A stretch of 62,170 bases of DNA from the IMG/VR virus record IMGVR_UViG_3300046557_000378. The stretch is one strand, 5' to 3'. A program made the translations under genes and the position numbers. How positions within the stretch are numbered: the stretch's first letter is position 1; each line of letters opens with the position of its first letter. This DNA is from a virus. Below are positions 9,300 through 17,594 of this stretch, in pieces. The notes beneath the pieces are model-generated. The model had not been told where the DNA came from and searched no databases. It was given only the letters and a program-made list of their open reading frames with translations.

Positions 9300-9385
9300 A
9301 CGTTTTGGCGCCGGACTGGCCACGGGGGAGGACGAGGTTCGTTGACGGCCTGCCGGGCATGGGGTGGACTCGCCATACTCGGCAG

Positions 9386-10129
9386 ATGGACACTCAAGAC
9401 CGGCAGGACGACGATCGGTGGCACCGGACGGCGCTTGTGGCCACTGTGGTTGCTGTGGTTGGTACCTGCCTCGCGGGGTTGAGTGCTGTTCTCGGGCCTA
9501 GTTACGATCCAGCGTGGTGGCAATTGGTGGTTCTCATCATTCTGCTCTCCGCTGTGGTGCTTGGGCTCATTGCCCTCACGTTCGTAATTGCCAGGCGCCG
9601 AGAGTTCCATCCCAGGGGGCTCACTTGGCTTCTGCTGCTTGGGATGCTGGTCCTCGTCGTGTGGCTTACCTGGTACAGCCTTCGGCACGTATTGGAGGCG
9701 TACCAAGCGCATGCCTCGCTGAGTCCGGATGACGCACCAGCCATCCTCGGGGCACTGTCCGGTAGCGTCGCCATGGCAACGGCTGTCAGCGTCATCGTTG
9801 TACGCCTTATGCGCGGGTTCGGCGCGATGAGGAAGGACAGCGGGAGCGGGACGGAGTCGGCCAGTAAGGGACGAGCCGAGATCATCAGGGCGGAGGCAGA
9901 GGCAGAGGCGATGTTGATCACGGCGAACGCTGAGGCTGAAGCCACGCGTATTCGGGCCCGAGTGGAGTTGCGTCGTGCGGAAACTGACACTATTCGTGCG
10001 GATCTTTATCGCATGTCTTATGAGTCTTTGAACGGTAGCCAACCCGTTCAAGGTCAGGGACCGAGTGCGACCGGGGATTCTGGCCCTGCGGTTGGTCTAC
10101 CTGGCACCGATCAGTCAGAAACAGTCTGA
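9386..10129 (+). CDS. polytopic membrane protein with C-terminal Glu/Ala-rich coiled segment
   Basis: ATG 9386 in frame in track ORF 9305-10129; about 5 hydrophobic helices; AEIIRAEAEAEAMLITANAEAEATRIRA tail. Confidence 0.65.
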   Translation: MDTQDRQDDDRWHRTALVATVVAVVGTCLAGLSAVLGPSYDPAWWQLVVLIILLSAVVLGLIALTFVIARRREFHPRGLTWLLLLGMLVLVVWLTWYSLRHVLEAYQAHASLSPDDAPAILGALSGSVAMATAVSVIVVRLMRGFGAMRKDSGSGTESASKGRAEIIRAEAEAEAMLITANAEAEATRIRARVELRRAETDTIRADLYRMSYESLNGSQPVQGQGPSATGDSGPAVGLPGTDQSETV

Positions 10130-10132
10130 AGT

Positions 10133-10166
10133 CCCGCGTCACATCTGCCCCCGCTTCCCCCATAAC
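10133..10166 (+). promoter_or_regulatory. phage-specific promoter-like motif, copy 2
   Basis: CCCGCGTCACA-N11-TTCCCCCATAAC; 39 nt before ATG 10205. Confidence 0.5.
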
Positions 10167-10204
10167 TCCTGTGTAAGCACGAGCAAGGCGACACAGGAGG
10201 CCGA

Positions 10205-11008
10205 ATGGCCGGAGTGAGCACGATCAAGCGTGGCGGCAGCCGCTTCTACATCGACCCGGACGACGGAGCGATCAAGGTTCCGGGCGTGACCAGCGTGGGC
10301 GGCATGCTGCCGAAGGACTTCCTGACGTTCTGGGCAGCGAAGGAGGCCGCGGATGCGGCCGTCAACAACTGGGACATCGTCTCGGAGCTGATCAAGCGCG
10401 ACCCGAAGGGCGCCGTCGACTACCTGAAAAATGCGCACCGACGGAAGACGACGGCCGCAAGTGACTTGGGGTCCACAGCGCACGACCTCTTCGAGCGCCT
10501 GGCGCGCGGGGAGACCATCAACCCGCGGCACGTGCACGTCGACGTGAAGCCCCACGTCAGGTGGTTCTCGGAGTTCCTCCAGGAGGTGCAGCCGGAGTTC
10601 CTGTACCTCGAAGAGACGGTCTGGAGCGACACCAACCACTACGCCGGCAGCTTCGACGCCATCGCGGTTGTCGACGGGGAGACGGTCGTCCTCGACTGGA
10701 AGACGTCGAAGGCCGTGTACGACTCGGTGGCGCTCCAGTTGAGTGCCTACCGCTACGCGGACCGCATCATCCTCTCGTCCGACGGATCCTCAGTTCCGAT
10801 GCCGCAGATGGCCGGCGGAGCCGTCCTCCACGTCCGCCCGGAGGGCTGGCAGTTCGTCCCCGTCAAGTGCGACGAGGAGATCTACGAGACGTTCCTCCAC
10901 CTGCGCGGAGTCTTCGACTGGGAGAGCGGCGGCAAGCGTGGCGTCGTCGGCCGGCCGATCGCATCCGGCGGCGAGCTGGTGACGGGGACGCAGAGGCGGG
11001 CAGCGTGA
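10205..11008 (+). CDS. RecB/Cas4-family PD-(D/E)XK exonuclease
   Basis: 267 aa; SFDAIAVVDGETVVLDWKTSK (D...DxK) and QLSAYRYA (QxxxY) motifs. Confidence 0.8.
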   Translation: MAGVSTIKRGGSRFYIDPDDGAIKVPGVTSVGGMLPKDFLTFWAAKEAADAAVNNWDIVSELIKRDPKGAVDYLKNAHRRKTTAASDLGSTAHDLFERLARGETINPRHVHVDVKPHVRWFSEFLQEVQPEFLYLEETVWSDTNHYAGSFDAIAVVDGETVVLDWKTSKAVYDSVALQLSAYRYADRIILSSDGSSVPMPQMAGGAVLHVRPEGWQFVPVKCDEEIYETFLHLRGVFDWESGGKRGVVGRPIASGGELVTGTQRRAA

Positions 11009-11010
11009 GG

Positions 11011-11574
11011 ATGCCGACGACGATGCTCCTCGCGCGGGTCTTCAACAAGGGCCGTGACGCGGTGGACGGCTACCGGGACCTCATTCCGTCGGAGGACGTC
11101 TCCAGTCTCCTGGACAGCTTGGAGACCGAAGCCCTTCGGGTGCTGTACGACGAGAACGAGGAGGGCGGCCATGCTCGCAGGGTGGTTGCCGGCGCGGCTC
11201 GCGCGCTGAACGTCGATCTCAATGAGGGAATTCACGACCAGTGGAGCCCCGAGAACATGGCGCGAGTCGTCAGCGCTGCGCAGGCGGTTGCCGACGACCG
11301 GGACCACTGGCGGCAGGAAGCGGAAAACCACGGCAAGCAGGCGGAGCTGTGGAAGTCGCTTGCGCAGCGCCAGGACAACACCGCTCCGCTCCGCACGGGA
11401 CTGCGAACCGCGGAGCGCGAGCGCGACCACTGGCGTGCGCGGTTCGAGGGCGCACAGGCCAACGCAGAGTACGTCCGGGGTCAGTACGGGCATCCGGACG
11501 AGGTCGACGAGCTGAAGGCGACCGTCGTCCGCCAGGCGCGCGAGATCACGCAGTTGAAGGGGGAGGGCGAGTGA
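11011..11574 (+). CDS. hypothetical coiled-coil protein
   Basis: ATG 11011, 2 nt after upstream stop, in frame in track ORF 10561-11574. Confidence 0.65.
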   Translation: MPTTMLLARVFNKGRDAVDGYRDLIPSEDVSSLLDSLETEALRVLYDENEEGGHARRVVAGAARALNVDLNEGIHDQWSPENMARVVSAAQAVADDRDHWRQEAENHGKQAELWKSLAQRQDNTAPLRTGLRTAERERDHWRARFEGAQANAEYVRGQYGHPDEVDELKATVVRQAREITQLKGEGE

Positions 11575-11885
11575 GCCTCGAAGACCTGTTGAGCAAGGTG
11601 GAGTTCGGCGGGCACACCGACTACGACGACGCAGCGATGATCCCGACACCCGTTGCGGATCTTCTCCGCGGCCTGGTAGGCGACGTCCAGGCGCTGATGG
11701 AAGTGGCGCAGCGTCCGCAGGCGGAGTCCGGCGCCATGTCCCGCCCCGACGCCTTGAAGCTCGCCCGCGAGCACGTCGAAGCCATGAGCACGAACGGCCG
11801 TGGCTACCAGGACGGCGTGAAGCTGCACGACAAGGTCCAGGCCATGGAGCGCTTCGCGCGCTTCCTGATGGGGGAGAGCGAATGA
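11571..11885 (+). CDS. hypothetical protein
   Basis: GTG 11571 overlaps upstream stop (GTGA); in frame in track ORF 11241-11885. Confidence 0.6.
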   Translation: MSLEDLLSKVEFGGHTDYDDAAMIPTPVADLLRGLVGDVQALMEVAQRPQAESGAMSRPDALKLAREHVEAMSTNGRGYQDGVKLHDKVQAMERFARFLMGESE

Positions 11886-12124
11886 GCGACGATCAGCATC
11901 CAGGTACCGATGAGTTCCCGGCGGTACGAAAGACCGCACACACCTTCGGGTGGACCATCGGGTTCCTGGCCGGCGTATCCGTCGAAGCGCTCTTTGCTTG
12001 GATCCTCCTGGCAGGGCTGAACGCCGCAATCTCGTCCGACGTGCCAGCTACCTACAGCGTGGCATTCCTTGTCACTCTCGCCACGGAGTCGACTCGGGAG
12101 GCCGTGCGGAGCCTTCGCAAGTAG
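11882..12124 (+). CDS. membrane protein
   Basis: 80 aa; ATGA coupling; two hydrophobic helices. Confidence 0.6.
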   Translation: MSDDQHPGTDEFPAVRKTAHTFGWTIGFLAGVSVEALFAWILLAGLNAAISSDVPATYSVAFLVTLATESTREAVRSLRK

Positions 12125-12188
12125 CACAAGTCACTCATGCTAGGCGTCCACATCGGGCGCCCCGCTTCGCATGCATGGAGGAGAGACC

Positions 12189-12827
12189 ATGACAGAGTTC
12201 GCCCCTGAGTTCCACGAGTGGCCCAAGACGAAGCGGCTCTTCAGGCCCATCACGGTGTCGGAGAAGCTCGACGGCTCGAACAGTGGCGTCGGGATCACCA
12301 AACTCGACTGGACGGACGACATCACCGCTCCGCCCGTGGACTTCAAGGTCGTGACTGTCGGCGCCGACGCGTACGCCGTTCACGCGCAGTCGAAGAACCG
12401 GATCATCTATCCCGGGAAGACCAGCGACAACTACGGCTTCGCCGGCTGGGTCTACGACAACGCCGCGGAACTCGTCGACGTCTTCGGCCCCGGACTGCAC
12501 TACGGCGAGTGGTGGGGGAGGGGGATCCAGCGAGGCTACGGCGTCGACGGTAAGCGGTTCTCGCTCTTCAACACGGCGCGGCACTTTGAGAACCCGGGGG
12601 CGGAGATCGGCGGTGTTCCGGTCGGTCCCGTTCCGGTGCTGTACGAGGGCATCTTCGACGAGTCCGCCATCACGGGCGCCCTGATGGACCTCCGGACGTA
12701 CGGTTCCGTCGCGGCCTCCGGCTTCGACAACCCGGAAGGCATCTGCGTCTACCACACACAGACCCGCAACGTCTTCAAGGTCACGCTTGACAACAACGAC
12801 GCCGGCAAGTGGGAGGCGGCTGCGTGA
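12189..12827 (+). CDS. ATP-dependent RNA ligase-like nucleotidyltransferase (minimal, adenylyltransferase domain only)
   Basis: Motif I SEKLDGSN, motif III-like YGEWWG, motif IV EGICVY, motif V FKVTL; ATG 12189 after GGAGGAGAG. Confidence 0.7.
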   Translation: MTEFAPEFHEWPKTKRLFRPITVSEKLDGSNSGVGITKLDWTDDITAPPVDFKVVTVGADAYAVHAQSKNRIIYPGKTSDNYGFAGWVYDNAAELVDVFGPGLHYGEWWGRGIQRGYGVDGKRFSLFNTARHFENPGAEIGGVPVGPVPVLYEGIFDESAITGALMDLRTYGSVAASGFDNPEGICVYHTQTRNVFKVTLDNNDAGKWEAAA

Positions 12828-12855
12828 GTCGTTTGACGGAGCCCGTCAGAGCGAC
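12828..12855. promoter_or_regulatory. inverted pair of palindrome half-variants (GTCGTTTGACGG-agc-CCGTCAGAGCGAC)
   Basis: Reverse-oriented copy of GTCAAACGAC operator variant directly after stop 12825-12827. Confidence 0.45.
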
Positions 12856-12942
12856 AGAAGACGACATGCGCAGCCCCGATTGGTGCCACCGTCACGGCTG
12901 CCACCGATCCCAGTGCCCCGGACCGAACCACTAGGAGGAGCG

Positions 12943-13155
12943 GTGACCGACGAGGAGTACGCCGCGGAGCTGGAGAGGGAGCGCAAGGAGCGGAACGACC
13001 GGGCGCTCTATCAAGTGCGGCCGGAGCGCGGCGAGTTCCTGCTCCAGCGTCGCAACGGTTCTGGACAGGCGTGGGGGTTCAGCAGATACGTCAAACGAGA
13101 GACCGCTGACCTGGCGGCAGCGTTCTTGAACAAGCTGAAGGAGGACGAGGCATGA
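12943..13155 (+). CDS. hypothetical protein
   Basis: GTG 12943 after TAGGAGGAG; upstream part of track ORF 12787-13155 is Arg/Pro-rich and unlikely to be coding. Confidence 0.55.
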   Translation: MTDEEYAAELERERKERNDRALYQVRPERGEFLLQRRNGSGQAWGFSRYVKRETADLAAAFLNKLKEDEA

Positions 13156-13216
13156 TCCTGCTTGCGCTGATCGCCGGACTGGTCATCGGATACGGCCTGG
13201 CGGAGTGGCGGGCCCT

Positions 13217-13405
13217 ATGACCCTCGAAGACCACGCCCGCGCGATAGAGGCCGCGATCAAGTCGGCTGCGGAGGAGGGCTACGAGCTGGACAACGGGGCC
13301 GGAACACCGCTCTTCGCCATCGAGCTGAACAAGGTGGTCGGCGGGGAGTTCATCGTCGCGCCAGAGTTCTCGGTGAAGATCTACGCCCCGTACAGCTACT
13401 ACTGA
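13217..13405 (+). CDS. hypothetical protein
   Basis: 62 aa; ATG 13217 in frame in track ORF 13205-13405. A possible 22-codon membrane micro-ORF (13152-13220) links it to the upstream gene. Confidence 0.55.
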   Translation: MTLEDHARAIEAAIKSAAEEGYELDNGAGTPLFAIELNKVVGGEFIVAPEFSVKIYAPYSYY

Positions 13406-13428
13406 CGCAAGTCACACATGCACTACCG

Positions 13429-13460
13429 AGCCCCCGGATGCTTCGGCGCCGGGGGCTTTC
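13429..13460 (+). terminator. terminator-like hairpin, member of a repeated hairpin+leader module
   Basis: AGCCCCCGG-11 nt-CCGGGGGCT then TTTCGG; about 85% identical to 20570-20600. Confidence 0.6.
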
Positions 13461-13490
13461 GGCGTGTAACCACACGAGAGGAGAGCCACC

Positions 13491-13670
13491 GTGATCAGCG
13501 GCGGACGCACCATCCACACGGCCGACGGCTCGTCGGTGAGCATCCGGCCCGTGGGCCTGGAGTACGACCTCGAAACCCGCAACGCGCTGGGGGAGACGAT
13601 CTCCACGGTCCGCATGAACTCCGACGACCTGGCGGGGCTGATCAGCGAGGCGGAGGAGGTGCAGGGATGA
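13491..13670 (+). CDS. hypothetical protein (59 aa, below ORF-track cutoff)
   Basis: GTG after GAGGAGAG RBS; stop overlaps next ATG (ATGA at 13667). Confidence 0.5.
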   Translation: MISGGRTIHTADGSSVSIRPVGLEYDLETRNALGETISTVRMNSDDLAGLISEAEEVQG

Positions 13671-13993
13671 GGACCGACGCACAAAGGCAACGCCTGATCA
13701 TCGCCGATCTGCTCGACGAACGAGCAGCGCAAGACCGGAAGTTCGGCCCGCAGGATCTTCCGAACGGTACGGACTCCGGTTCGTTCGGCCCTATCGCCGA
13801 CGCCCATCGAACCGAGTGCGACGCAGCGTTCGCCGCAGGGTGCGGCACCTTCCGTCACGTCTTCCTGGAGGAGGTTTTCGAGGCCATGGCGGAGAGCGAC
13901 CCCGTGAAGCTGCGAGCGGAGCTGGTGCAGGCAACTGCTGTCGGGGTCAAGTGGATTGAGGCCATCGACCGGGCTGCGGAGAGCGGCGGGTGA
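13667..13993 (+). CDS. MazG-like nucleotide pyrophosphohydrolase (tentative)
   Basis: 108 aa all-helical; ERAAQDRKFGPQ...LEEVFEAMAE...ELVQATAVGVKWIEAIDR pattern. Confidence 0.45.
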   Translation: MRTDAQRQRLIIADLLDERAAQDRKFGPQDLPNGTDSGSFGPIADAHRTECDAAFAAGCGTFRHVFLEEVFEAMAESDPVKLRAELVQATAVGVKWIEAIDRAAESGG

Positions 13994-14352
13994 GCCCCAA
14001 CCTCACACATGACCTGGGCCGCATGTTCGGGTCCATCCCCGACCCCGAGTCCGCCTACGGCGACCTCGTGACGCAGATGGCGCACGCCGAAGGCGGATAC
14101 ATCTGGAGCGAGGAGGAAGCCCGCGCGCTCGTTGATGCGGTCCTGAACGAGGCCGCGGAGAAGGTCCGTTGCACGGACGCCCCGGAGGGGCATGAGGACA
14201 CCTTCGACGCCGGCGCCGTGTGGGCGTCGGACCTGATACGTCCGGCGGGGGATCCCGTGATGGTGACTGTCGCCGTGGATCACACCCCGGTCAAGTTGGG
14301 GCTTCGCGCGTGGGCGGAAGAGCTGGACGCCTTGAAGGAGATGACCGAATGA
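13990..14352 (+). CDS. hypothetical protein
   Basis: 120 aa; GTGA coupling. Confidence 0.6.
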   Translation: MSPNLTHDLGRMFGSIPDPESAYGDLVTQMAHAEGGYIWSEEEARALVDAVLNEAAEKVRCTDAPEGHEDTFDAGAVWASDLIRPAGDPVMVTVAVDHTPVKLGLRAWAEELDALKEMTE

Positions 14353-14594
14353 GTATGGCCGACCTCGTAGCCGCCGGAGCCCCGGTGCTGCCGGAGGGGT
14401 GGTTCTACCGCCTCACGACGTCTGGACCCATCTGCGGGTGGCCAACGGTGGAGATCAGGCAGCCGGGACGGTGGTTCGGCTCGCGAGTCGTTTCCTACTC
14501 CCTCGTTCGCACCGAGGAGCACGACGAGCACCTGAGGAAGACGAGCGAGGCACTGGCGCTTCGCGGAGACCACGACCCGAAGGGCGGACGCTGA
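14349..14594 (+). CDS. hypothetical protein
   Basis: ATGA coupling; in frame in track ORF 14220-14594. Confidence 0.55.
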   Translation: MSMADLVAAGAPVLPEGWFYRLTTSGPICGWPTVEIRQPGRWFGSRVVSYSLVRTEEHDEHLRKTSEALALRGDHDPKGGR

Positions 14595-14806
14595 TGTTCG
14601 GAACCCATACCCCCACCATCGAAGAGCAACGCGAGGCACTGACGGAACAGCTCATGGACCACCGAGCATCGGTCCTGACGCCCATCTTCGACACGGCGGA
14701 CGGTATGCGCGCGGATCTGCTCGCCCGTGGCTGGTCGGAGCACGTCGTGGAGTACCTCGCCGGCCAGTGGCTCGCCTCGATGCTTGCGAAGATCGGGGCG
14801 AGGTAG
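14594..14806 (+). CDS. hypothetical protein
   Basis: ATG overlaps upstream stop (TGATG); in frame in track ORF 14399-14806. Confidence 0.55.
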   Translation: MFGTHTPTIEEQREALTEQLMDHRASVLTPIFDTADGMRADLLARGWSEHVVEYLAGQWLASMLAKIGAR

Positions 14807-15255
14807 TGCCGTACACCCTCGCCGACGCCATCCGCGACGAGTTCGAGCGCACGCACCCGAATGGCAAGAACACCCTTCTGTGCATCGGCCTGTGTCGGCG
14901 CTGGAAGGACCGGGAGGAGTTCCGCGAGACTCCGTGGCACGGCCGTGCGGCTGAGTGCGTGCGCTGTGAGGGGCTGCGCTACGTCGACGAACTGCGGCTC
15001 CGCCAAGCGTGGGAGCTGGAGCAAGAGCGGGTGAAGGTGCGGATGCTCGTCCGACACGTCCAACGGCTTCGGATGCAACGGATCTTGACACCCGTTGTCC
15101 GGTCGGCCGATGCCTTCGCGGCGCATCACCAGCCGTACTACGACGCCCTTGAGCGCGGTCAGCGCCGTTGGCTGGCGGCGTACATGTCGCTGCCGGAGCC
15201 CTCATTCAGGATGCGCTCGAAGCGCACACGACTGACGAAGGAGACGACTCGATGA
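14806..15255 (+). CDS. hypothetical protein with CxxxC...CxxC cluster
   Basis: GTG overlaps upstream TAG; LLCIGLC...ECVRCEG. Confidence 0.55.
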   Translation: MPYTLADAIRDEFERTHPNGKNTLLCIGLCRRWKDREEFRETPWHGRAAECVRCEGLRYVDELRLRQAWELEQERVKVRMLVRHVQRLRMQRILTPVVRSADAFAAHHQPYYDALERGQRRWLAAYMSLPEPSFRMRSKRTRLTKETTR

Positions 15256-15425
15256 CGCAGTCCCTGGCCTCCCTGATCTACCAGACGTGGGCCGACCAGT
15301 ACGACCGGGAGGCGGACCCGGCGACCGTCCAGGCCCGTCATAACATCCTGGCCGTGTGGGCGCCCCACCTCTACGCCCCGATGGTGCCGGAGACGTTCCG
15401 GGGTTCGAAGTGGGGGATGCGGTGA
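15252..15425 (+). CDS. hypothetical protein
   Basis: 57 aa; ATGA coupling. Confidence 0.5.
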   Translation: MTQSLASLIYQTWADQYDREADPATVQARHNILAVWAPHLYAPMVPETFRGSKWGMR

Positions 15426-15757
15426 GCGTCAGCGTCACCCAACGCACCGTGCTGGACTGCGAGATCGAGGGGCGTCACTTCCTCCTGGAGGTCCGCGTTC
15501 GGGACATCGGCGCCACGATCGGGACCGAGATCCTGGACGACGAATCGGCGCGCATCGTCGCCTACAGGTCTGGCACCCGTTACAGCGACCGGGCGGAGGA
15601 GATCGCAAGGGAGCACGTTCGAGAGTCATTGACGCGAGTCGCTGCGGACCCGGAACGCCGATCCGCATACCTGCCCGACCTCGTCCGTGTGCACCTGGCC
15701 GAAGTAGTCGCGGCCGAGCAGCCCTGGACCCCGGACGAAGAGGACGAGGAATGGTGA
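15422..15757 (+). CDS. hypothetical protein, acidic C-terminus
   Basis: GTGA coupling; in frame in track ORF 15356-15757. Confidence 0.55.
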   Translation: MSVSVTQRTVLDCEIEGRHFLLEVRVRDIGATIGTEILDDESARIVAYRSGTRYSDRAEEIAREHVRESLTRVAADPERRSAYLPDLVRVHLAEVVAAEQPWTPDEEDEEW

Positions 15758-16302
15758 CTTACCCGCAGCCCGGAGACTTCGCCCTGACGAGGATCGGCGG
15801 TCTCACCGGTCGGTTCATCGCTGCCGGCCAGTACCTCGTAGGCGACGGCTCACCGGTTCAGCATGCCCTCGTCTACGTCGGCAACGGTCAGATCGTCCAA
15901 GCCATGCCCGGCGGGGCGGAGCTGATCCCGCTGGAGGACGCGAACGAGCCGTACGTCTGGTCCTCCGGGAAGATCGAGCTGACGACATCGGAGCGCGTGC
16001 GCATCTGCGGTGCCGCGCGCGGCCTCGTCGGTACGCCGTACTCCTTCCTCGACTACGGCTCCATCGCCCTGGCGCACTACCACGTCCGCCCGGCGTGGGT
16101 GCGGGACTTCGTGGCGGACAGCGGACACCTGATCTGCTCGCAGCTCGTCGACGAGGCGTACCTCCGTGCGGCCGTGCATCTCTTCGACGACGGCCGGCTC
16201 CCGGGCGACGTGACACCGGGGGATCTGTGGAAGCTGCTGCACCCGAAGCGTGTGACATCGACGGACCGTGAGTTGGGGAGGTTGGCGTATGGAGCTGCAT
16301 GA
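15751..16302 (+). CDS. papain-fold (NlpC/P60-superfamily, YiiX/C92-like) hydrolase
   Basis: 183 aa; HALVYVGNG...AMPGG then GTPYSF...HLICSQLV pattern. Confidence 0.5.
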   Translation: MVTYPQPGDFALTRIGGLTGRFIAAGQYLVGDGSPVQHALVYVGNGQIVQAMPGGAELIPLEDANEPYVWSSGKIELTTSERVRICGAARGLVGTPYSFLDYGSIALAHYHVRPAWVRDFVADSGHLICSQLVDEAYLRAAVHLFDDGRLPGDVTPGDLWKLLHPKRVTSTDRELGRLAYGAA

Positions 16303-16708
16303 CCGGCTGTGTGACGCCGTAGACGTCATCCTGTACGGCCCTGACAGCCCGAAGAGCAATGCGGAGCACGCGGACGACTTGCTTGACGTGCTGCGGTCAG
16401 AGTTGGAGGAGCTGAGTCGGCTCCGCAACGCCTGGCGCGCCGCTCGCCGTCGGGCATCCCGTGCCATGGGTGCCTGGCGCTACATGCGTTGGCACGAGGA
16501 TGCGCAGAACAAGGAGATGCGGGCACAGGACGATTTCGCGTCGTGGCTCTGGAAGCAGATGTCCGAGCGCCGTAAGGAACGCGACCGCTACCGCCTCGCC
16601 TGGCTATCCGCCCGCCGGCGTGCCGCGGACGAGGCCAACTTCGGCACGGAGGCCCTGGCACTCCGGGACGCAGAGATCCGGCGCCTGAAGGCTCCGTCAG
16701 TCGACTGA
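16289..16708 (+). CDS. hypothetical basic coiled-coil protein
   Basis: ATG 16289 in frame in track ORF 16268-16708. Confidence 0.55.
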   Translation: MELHDRLCDAVDVILYGPDSPKSNAEHADDLLDVLRSELEELSRLRNAWRAARRRASRAMGAWRYMRWHEDAQNKEMRAQDDFASWLWKQMSERRKERDRYRLAWLSARRRAADEANFGTEALALRDAEIRRLKAPSVD

Positions 16709-16709
16709 C
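16696..16709. promoter_or_regulatory. perfect 14-bp palindrome GTCAGTCGACTGAC
   Basis: Overlaps stop codon 16706-16708. Confidence 0.6.
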
Positions 16710-16722
16710 GAACCCCAAAAGT

Positions 16723-16756
16723 CCCGCGTCACATCGACGCTCCATTCCCCCATAAC
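16723..16756 (+). promoter_or_regulatory. phage-specific promoter-like motif, copy 3
   Basis: CCCGCGTCACA-N11-TTCCCCCATAAC; 65 nt before ATG 16821. Confidence 0.5.
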
Positions 16757-16820
16757 TCCTATGTAAGGCCGAACGGCCGCACACAACACGCACACTGCCA
16801 CCTGCGAAAGGCATTCACGT

Positions 16821-17567
16821 ATGGCCAACAACCTTGCCTCCATCTGGGACGCCGACCCGGACGCCGCTCCGAAGGACCGTCCCAACTTCGCCGATGACAT
16901 CGTCGGCCGCTTCCGCTCCGGTCGCCTGGTCAAGCTGGGCACGAAGGAGACCCCGGAGTCGCTGAACGAGTGGCGCGTCACCACCGGTGACCCGTCCGTC
17001 GCTGCGAAGGTTGCGGAGCTGCTCGGCGGGGAGTCGGAGGAGTGGGAGACGGAGAAGGAGGACAACCTCCAGATCCTCACCGACGCCTCGTCCGTGCAGA
17101 TCATCATCGAGCCGGATGGCGTCGACGCGTCGTTCAAGCAGTTCGTTCCCGGCGCCGGTATGACGCACCACTGCGATGGGTTTTCCTACCTCTCGCCCGA
17201 CGAGGACAAGGGCCAGTCGTGCGGCTGCCCCTCGCTGATCGCGGAGCGGAAGCTGAAGGCGCAGCAGCAGCGAGGCCCGAAGCCGAGCGTGGACATCGAG
17301 TTCCGCCTCGCCGACGCTCCGGATCTCGGCAAGTTCCGGTTCAACAGCGGCAGTTGGAAGCTGGTCGAGACCCTCGCCCCGCTCTTCAAGTCGCTGGACG
17401 ACGCGGGCAACGAGACCAACCCGGTCCGTGCGTCGCTGACGATCGAGAACGTCACGTACGTCCCGCAGAAGGGCCCGCGCGCCGGCCAGACCGTCAGCTA
17501 CAACAAGCCCGTCATCAAGGTCTTCGGGCCCGTGACGGCGACCGCGGACCTGGCGAAGGCCGCGTAA
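16821..17567 (+). CDS. hypothetical early protein; possible phiC31-gp3-type recombination directionality factor (size/position only)
   Basis: 248 aa; Cys/His cluster HHCDG...CGCP; strong GC3 bias; own promoter motif and terminator. Confidence 0.7.
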   Translation: MANNLASIWDADPDAAPKDRPNFADDIVGRFRSGRLVKLGTKETPESLNEWRVTTGDPSVAAKVAELLGGESEEWETEKEDNLQILTDASSVQIIIEPDGVDASFKQFVPGAGMTHHCDGFSYLSPDEDKGQSCGCPSLIAERKLKAQQQRGPKPSVDIEFRLADAPDLGKFRFNSGSWKLVETLAPLFKSLDDAGNETNPVRASLTIENVTYVPQKGPRAGQTVSYNKPVIKVFGPVTATADLAKAA

Positions 17568-17594
17568 GTCACTGGCACTGCACGGCAGCGCGTT

